Origin: Gemmatimonadales bacterium
GTDB lineage: Bacteria; Gemmatimonadota; Gemmatimonadetes; Gemmatimonadales; GWC2-71-9
NCBI GenBank assembly: GCA_025928955.1
Contig: JAICNA010000002.1
Coordinates: 1-38,909 of the forward strand
Length of the DNA: 38,909 nucleotides
Direction of reading: 5' to 3'
Shown piece by piece: positions 34,188 to 38,909 of this stretch. The notes under the pieces are model-generated. The model was given only the letters and a program-made list of their open reading frames with translations. It was not told where the DNA came from and did not search any database. The translations under genes were made by a program, and so were the position numbers. The first letter of the stretch is position 1. The number at the start of each line of letters is the position of its first letter.

Positions 34188-35768
34188 ATGACCATCACCA
34201 GAGCGTTCGGAACCTTGGCGGTGCTGTCCCTCGCGGCGGCCCCGCTCGCTGCCCAGATGCAGAACGGCTCGGCCGCGGTGACGCGCGCCGCGGGTACAAT
34301 CACCGAGGCCGACGTAGCCCGCCGGGTCCACATCATCGCGCACGACTCGATGGGCGGCCGGGACACCCCGAGCCGGGGGCTCGAGCTCACCGCCCAGTAC
34401 ATCGCCGATGAGTTCAAGCGGCTCGGCCTCAAGCCGGGCGGCGAGAACGGGACCTACTTCCAGCGCTACCCGATCACGTCGTCGCAGCTCGACGTCGCCG
34501 CATCCCACATCGGATTCATGTACGGCGGAAAGCACGTCCACGCGGAGTTCGCGAAGGACGCGCGGCGCAACGGGGGTCCGGTTCCCGCGGCCGGGACGGG
34601 CGGCCCGGCCGTCCTGATCGCGGGGCCGCTCGATGCGAAGGCCCTCGACACCGCCGCCCTCCGGGACAAGGTGGTGCTCTGGGTGGTGGACATGACCAAG
34701 CCGATGCCGGCGGGGTCGAGCACGCTCGGTCCGGCGCTGATCGCCGCAGGTGCCAAGGCCATCATCGTCGTCTCCAACCGCGACTCGACGGCGTTCGCAC
34801 AGCGACTCGCCGGCCAGTCCCGCCCGGTCACGACCCTCGGTGGCGCCGCAAGTGGGCCGATCACCGTGCCGTTCGTCGAAGTCCATGAGCGCGTGCTCAC
34901 CGACATGTTCACGACCGCCGGCACCAGCGCGGCGGAAGCGCGCGCCAGCACCACGCCGCTGGTCCGGGCGCTCGAGGGCGTCCGTGTCATGGTGGACATG
35001 AAGGAAACGCGGAAGGAAGCATCGGCGCCGAACACGATCGGCATCCTCGAGGGCACCGACCCGACGCTGAAGAACGAGTACATGGTCTATTCGGCGCACA
35101 TGGATCACGACGGGATCCGCACGCCGCGGGCCGGCACCACCGACAGCATCTGGAACGGCGCCGACGACGATGCCTCCGGCACCGTCGGCATCGTCGAGCT
35201 CGCCGAGGCGTTCGCGCAGCAGGGCGCGCGCCCCAAGCGGTCCATCATCTTCATGACGGTGAGTGGTGAGGAGAAGGGCCTCTGGGGGAGCCGCTGGTTC
35301 AGCGACCACCCGACGGTGCCCATCACGAGCATCGTGGCGAACTTCAACCTCGACATGATCGGCCGTAATTCCGGCAAGTCGAAGGGCGATGTGAAGCAGT
35401 GGAGCGACACGATCGTCGTGATCGGCAAGGAGCACTCGGACCTCGGCGCCACGCTCAATCGCGTGAATGCCGCACATCCCGAGCTCCGGATGAACGCCAT
35501 CGACGACATCTGGCCGGAGGAGCAGTTCTACCGCCGCTCGGACCACTACAACTTCGCCCGGAAGGGCGTGCCGATCCTGTTCTTCTTCAACGGCACGCAC
35601 GACGACTACCACGAGCCGAGCGACACGCCCGACAAGATCGATGCGGAGAAGGAGTCCCGGATCCTCCAGCTCCTCTACTTCCTCGGCCAGGAAGTCGGCA
35701 ACGCCGCCGAGCGGCCGCAATGGAAGCCGGAGAGCTACAAGGAGATCGTGGAGCCGCCGACTTCGTAG
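34188..35768 (+). CDS. M28-family metallopeptidase (aminopeptidase) with a PA-like insert, secreted
   Basis: The signal peptide is MTITRAFGTLAVLSLAAAPLAAQ. M28 metal-ligand blocks are YSAHMDHDG, NGADDDASG, SGEEKGLWGS, NLDMIG and HDDYHEPSD. The upstream part of the 33780 track ORF overlaps the small secreted gene and is rejected. Confidence 0.88.
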   Translation: MTITRAFGTLAVLSLAAAPLAAQMQNGSAAVTRAAGTITEADVARRVHIIAHDSMGGRDTPSRGLELTAQYIADEFKRLGLKPGGENGTYFQRYPITSSQLDVAASHIGFMYGGKHVHAEFAKDARRNGGPVPAAGTGGPAVLIAGPLDAKALDTAALRDKVVLWVVDMTKPMPAGSSTLGPALIAAGAKAIIVVSNRDSTAFAQRLAGQSRPVTTLGGAASGPITVPFVEVHERVLTDMFTTAGTSAAEARASTTPLVRALEGVRVMVDMKETRKEASAPNTIGILEGTDPTLKNEYMVYSAHMDHDGIRTPRAGTTDSIWNGADDDASGTVGIVELAEAFAQQGARPKRSIIFMTVSGEEKGLWGSRWFSDHPTVPITSIVANFNLDMIGRNSGKSKGDVKQWSDTIVVIGKEHSDLGATLNRVNAAHPELRMNAIDDIWPEEQFYRRSDHYNFARKGVPILFFFNGTHDDYHEPSDTPDKIDAEKESRILQLLYFLGQEVGNAAERPQWKPESYKEIVEPPTS

Positions 35769-35870
35769 TCGGACGGTCGGACACTCGACGGTGCGAAACC
35801 TGAGCGGCGCTCCTTACGGGGGCGCCGTTCACTTATCCGTCCGACCTTCCGACCGTCCGACCGTCCGACC
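35768..35870. repeat. Structured intergenic element: 15-nt inverted repeat, internal hairpin and a 4-copy 8-mer tandem array
   Basis: GTCGGACGGTCGGAC (35768..35782) is the exact reverse complement of GTCCGACCGTCCGAC (35855..35869). Between them lies the hairpin CGGCGCTCC-TTACG-GGGGCGCCG (35805..35827). The sequence (G/T)TCCGACC is repeated 4 times in tandem at 35839..35870. Confidence 0.8.
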
Positions 35871-35881
35871 ATTTTCCATCC

Positions 35882-36235
35882 ATGCCCGAATCCACCCTCC
35901 CCGACTTCAACGCCTTCCGCTCCCGGATGAACGACGTCATTCTGGGTGCCGGGAATCTCACGATCAACCGATTCTTCGCGCTCGACGGCCGCGCCTACGA
36001 GGCGGGGGCGCTCGGGACCCGGACGAAGGAGATGCTGGGGCTCGTGTCGTCGCTGGTGCTGCGGTGCGACGACTGCATCACCTATCACGTCGTCCGGTGC
36101 CATGAGGAAGGCGTCACCCGCGAGGAGTTCCTCGAGATCTTCTCGGTCGGACTCGTCGTCGGCGGCAGCATCGTGATTCCGCACCTCCGCCGCGCCATGG
36201 CGCGGCTCGAGGAGCTGGAGGGCACGCCCGCCTAG
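35882..36235 (+). CDS. Carboxymuconolactone decarboxylase / AhpD-like family protein
   Basis: TKEMLGLVSSLVLRCDDCITYHVVRCHEEGVTREEFLEIFSVGLVVGG is the AhpD-core CxxC signature and helix pattern. Confidence 0.8.
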   Translation: MPESTLPDFNAFRSRMNDVILGAGNLTINRFFALDGRAYEAGALGTRTKEMLGLVSSLVLRCDDCITYHVVRCHEEGVTREEFLEIFSVGLVVGGSIVIPHLRRAMARLEELEGTPA

Positions 36236-37149
36236 CGGCGGCCGACCGTCAGCAGGACCCCTCCAAGCACCATCGCCCCACCGAGGACCTGGACGAGGCC
36301 GGGCCGCTCCCCCAGCAGGAGCGCGGCCGCGGCGGTCGCGACGATCGGCGTCAGGCAGGCGAAGATCGCGGTCCGGTTGGTGCCGACCTGCCGCACGCTC
36401 CGGTTCCAGAGGATGTACGCGACGACCAGCGAGAGAGCGCTCGAATAGACGAGCCCCGTCCACCCGAGCCAGGTGACCCGGCTCCAGTCCATCGTGAGGA
36501 GCTGCGGGGCGCCCGCCACGAGCAGCAGCGGGGTCCCGAGGATGAGGGTCCAGGCCGTGATCGCGAGGGGCGAGAGCGGCGTGTGGAGGCGCCGGACACC
36601 GAGCGTGAACGTCGCCCAGCAGAGCACGGCTCCGAGCGACAGCAGGTCGCCGCCGAGCGTCGCGGCGGAGAACCGGACGCCCTGGTGCACGATCACGAGC
36701 ACCACGCCGAGAAACGCGACCAGGAGCGCGGTGCGGGAGCGGCGATCGAGGTGCTCCGTGCGCGAGAGCGCGCCGAGTCCGGCGACCATCACCGGCATGC
36801 TGGCGAGGACGAGCGCGCTGTTGGTGGCCGTGGTTCGCGCCAGGCCGGAAATGAACATCAGCTGGTATCCGGTATTTCCGATCAGCCCGAGCAGGGCGAG
36901 GCGCCGGAGCGACCCGGGCGGGAGCACGAGCGGACCCTCCATCCACCGGAGCGCCATCGCGAGCAGCACCGCCGCCAGGGCGAAGCGGATCGCCGTGAAG
37001 GCGAGGGGCGGAAACTGCCCCAGCGCCCATTTCGAGACGCTGAAGTTGAAGCCCCACACGAGCACGACGACGAGCAGCCCGGCCACCGCCGACACCGGCG
37101 GTCTCGGTGGCGGCGCTGCGTTTCCGGGCGGCAGGATGGGCGCGGACAT
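36232..37149 (-). CDS. DMT-superfamily (EamA) transporter
   Basis: Ten hydrophobic helices form two EamA-like halves (LLVVVLVWGFNFSVSKWAL...; ...LCWATFTLGVRRL...SALSLVVAYILWNRSVRQVGTNRTAIFACLTPIVA). I chose the ATG at 37149. The longer track ORF runs antisense into lepA. Confidence 0.85.
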   Translation of the reverse strand: MSAPILPPGNAAPPPRPPVSAVAGLLVVVLVWGFNFSVSKWALGQFPPLAFTAIRFALAAVLLAMALRWMEGPLVLPPGSLRRLALLGLIGNTGYQLMFISGLARTTATNSALVLASMPVMVAGLGALSRTEHLDRRSRTALLVAFLGVVLVIVHQGVRFSAATLGGDLLSLGAVLCWATFTLGVRRLHTPLSPLAITAWTLILGTPLLLVAGAPQLLTMDWSRVTWLGWTGLVYSSALSLVVAYILWNRSVRQVGTNRTAIFACLTPIVATAAAALLLGERPGLVQVLGGAMVLGGVLLTVGRR

Positions 37150-37183
37150 CGGGAGAGGAACATAGCCCGTTATATTCCCGCGC

Positions 37184-38909
<1,726 letters not shown>

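Overview
This is a very GC-rich bacterial chromosomal segment that looks like core genome. TonB-dependent receptor, SurA and BatA-like genes point to a diderm organism. I cannot place it taxonomically without a database search. The long antisense ORFs in the six-frame track are the usual high-GC artefacts. I support about 33 protein genes, one tRNA-Ile(GAU), and a few promoter, terminator and repeat elements.

Gene order, left to right:
- Partial MFS exporter, then a PAS-PAS-PAS hybrid histidine kinase.
- TonB-dependent receptor (minus strand).
- A tightly coupled plus-strand chain: L,D-transpeptidase, tandem Usp, PCP-motif P1B-type ATPase, membrane-anchored M23-like protein, erythromycin-esterase-like protein.
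- BON protein.
- A minus-strand ArsR, SRPBCC, PhnB/VOC, AlkD-like cassette.
- A kinase-less signalling cluster: XRE plus atypical NarL-type regulator, divergent CheY-like receiver plus CPXCG zinc-ribbon protein, and a convergent Ser/Thr kinase with TPR repeats.
- tRNA-Ile, a hyper-acidic small ORF, and typA.
- CDF exporter divergent from a CNNM/CorC-type protein.
- A long minus-strand chain with overlapping or nearly abutting junctions: DUF58, vWA/BatA-like, mfd, PPIase lipoprotein, surA-like, pdxA.
- A small secreted Arg/Glu/Pro-rich protein, M28 peptidase, AhpD/CMD-like protein, DMT transporter and lepA (3' end cut by the window).

I see no CRISPR array, transposase, integrase, prophage or recognisable defence system.

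The best novelty candidates, all modest, are:
1. The Usp, P1B-5-like ATPase, H-to-S M23, Ere-like operon.
2. The receiver-CPXCG pair within the kinase-less signalling cluster.
3. The 67-aa hyper-acidic protein downstream of typA.
4. The ArsR-SRPBCC-VOC-AlkD cassette.
5. A structured repeat element at 35768..35870.

All functional calls come from reading motifs by eye. No searches were run.
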